Made by a program: the position numbers and the translations under genes. The notes under the pieces were generated by a model. The model was not told where the DNA came from. It saw only the letters and a program-made list of their open reading frames with translations, and searched no databases. A stretch of 24,000 bases of DNA from assembly GCA_963771545.1 (NCBI GenBank), contig CAVYTX010000003.1, positions 814,971-838,970 on the forward strand, in the 5' to 3' direction. Shown in pieces: positions 23,985-24,000 of the stretch (the stretch's first letter is position 1; every line of letters begins with the position of its first letter). The stretch is from an uncultured Alphaproteobacteria bacterium. GTDB lineage: Bacteria > Pseudomonadota > Alphaproteobacteria > Rhodospirillales > Defluviicoccaceae.

Positions 23985-24000
23985 TCGTTCTTCGCAAACA

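Noticed and set aside
1-24000. CRISPR arrays, rRNA genes, transposases, phage genes, toxin-antitoxin pairs
   Set aside because: I saw no regularly spaced direct repeats, no rRNA-like conserved blocks, and no ORFs with integrase, transposase, capsid or small paired toxin-antitoxin character on either strand.

Overview
This is a GC-rich chromosomal segment (by eye well above 60% GC) that looks alphaproteobacterial. That assignment is inference only, based on a eukaryote-type 404-aa NADP-isocitrate dehydrogenase, a Cys-less L31 and an fbaB-thiE-efp-suhB run. I support about 27 protein genes and one tRNA, mostly housekeeping. On the left half: a prpE-like ligase (truncated at the left edge), a second acyl-CoA ligase, a DUF465 mini-gene missing from the ORF track, purE, an alpha/beta hydrolase, ygfZ, rpmB, icd, a LOG protein, dodecin, and a sulfotransferase-like plus class IV aminotransferase pair. 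On the right half: an OmpR/histidine-kinase pair, tRNA-Ser(GCU), a YbaK-like deacylase, an HD-GYP protein, rpmE, cyaY, an MFS transporter, an IMPase, efp, thiE, a class I aldolase and one hypothetical. Three things stand out. (1) A three-gene minus-strand operon (16576..20165) encodes a MotA/ExbB-like channel with a long C-terminal tail, a MotB-like Asp-bearing anchor with about 200 aa of coiled coil plus an OmpA domain, and a secreted Pro-rich OmpA-like protein. No flagellar, Tol, TonB or Zorya partner genes lie nearby, so this is my best candidate for an uncharacterised system. (2) A 270-bp MITE-like element with 33-bp terminal inverted repeats sits in a CTAG that includes the HD-GYP stop codon. 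(3) Two genes are broken by +1 frameshifts that both fall inside the identical 10-mer GCGGAGTTCG, in opposite orientations. Deleting one T restores both frames and creates a GANTC site. I saw no CRISPR array, rRNA, integrase, transposase or prophage genes. All family calls come from reading the translations and from memory of motifs; no database search was possible.
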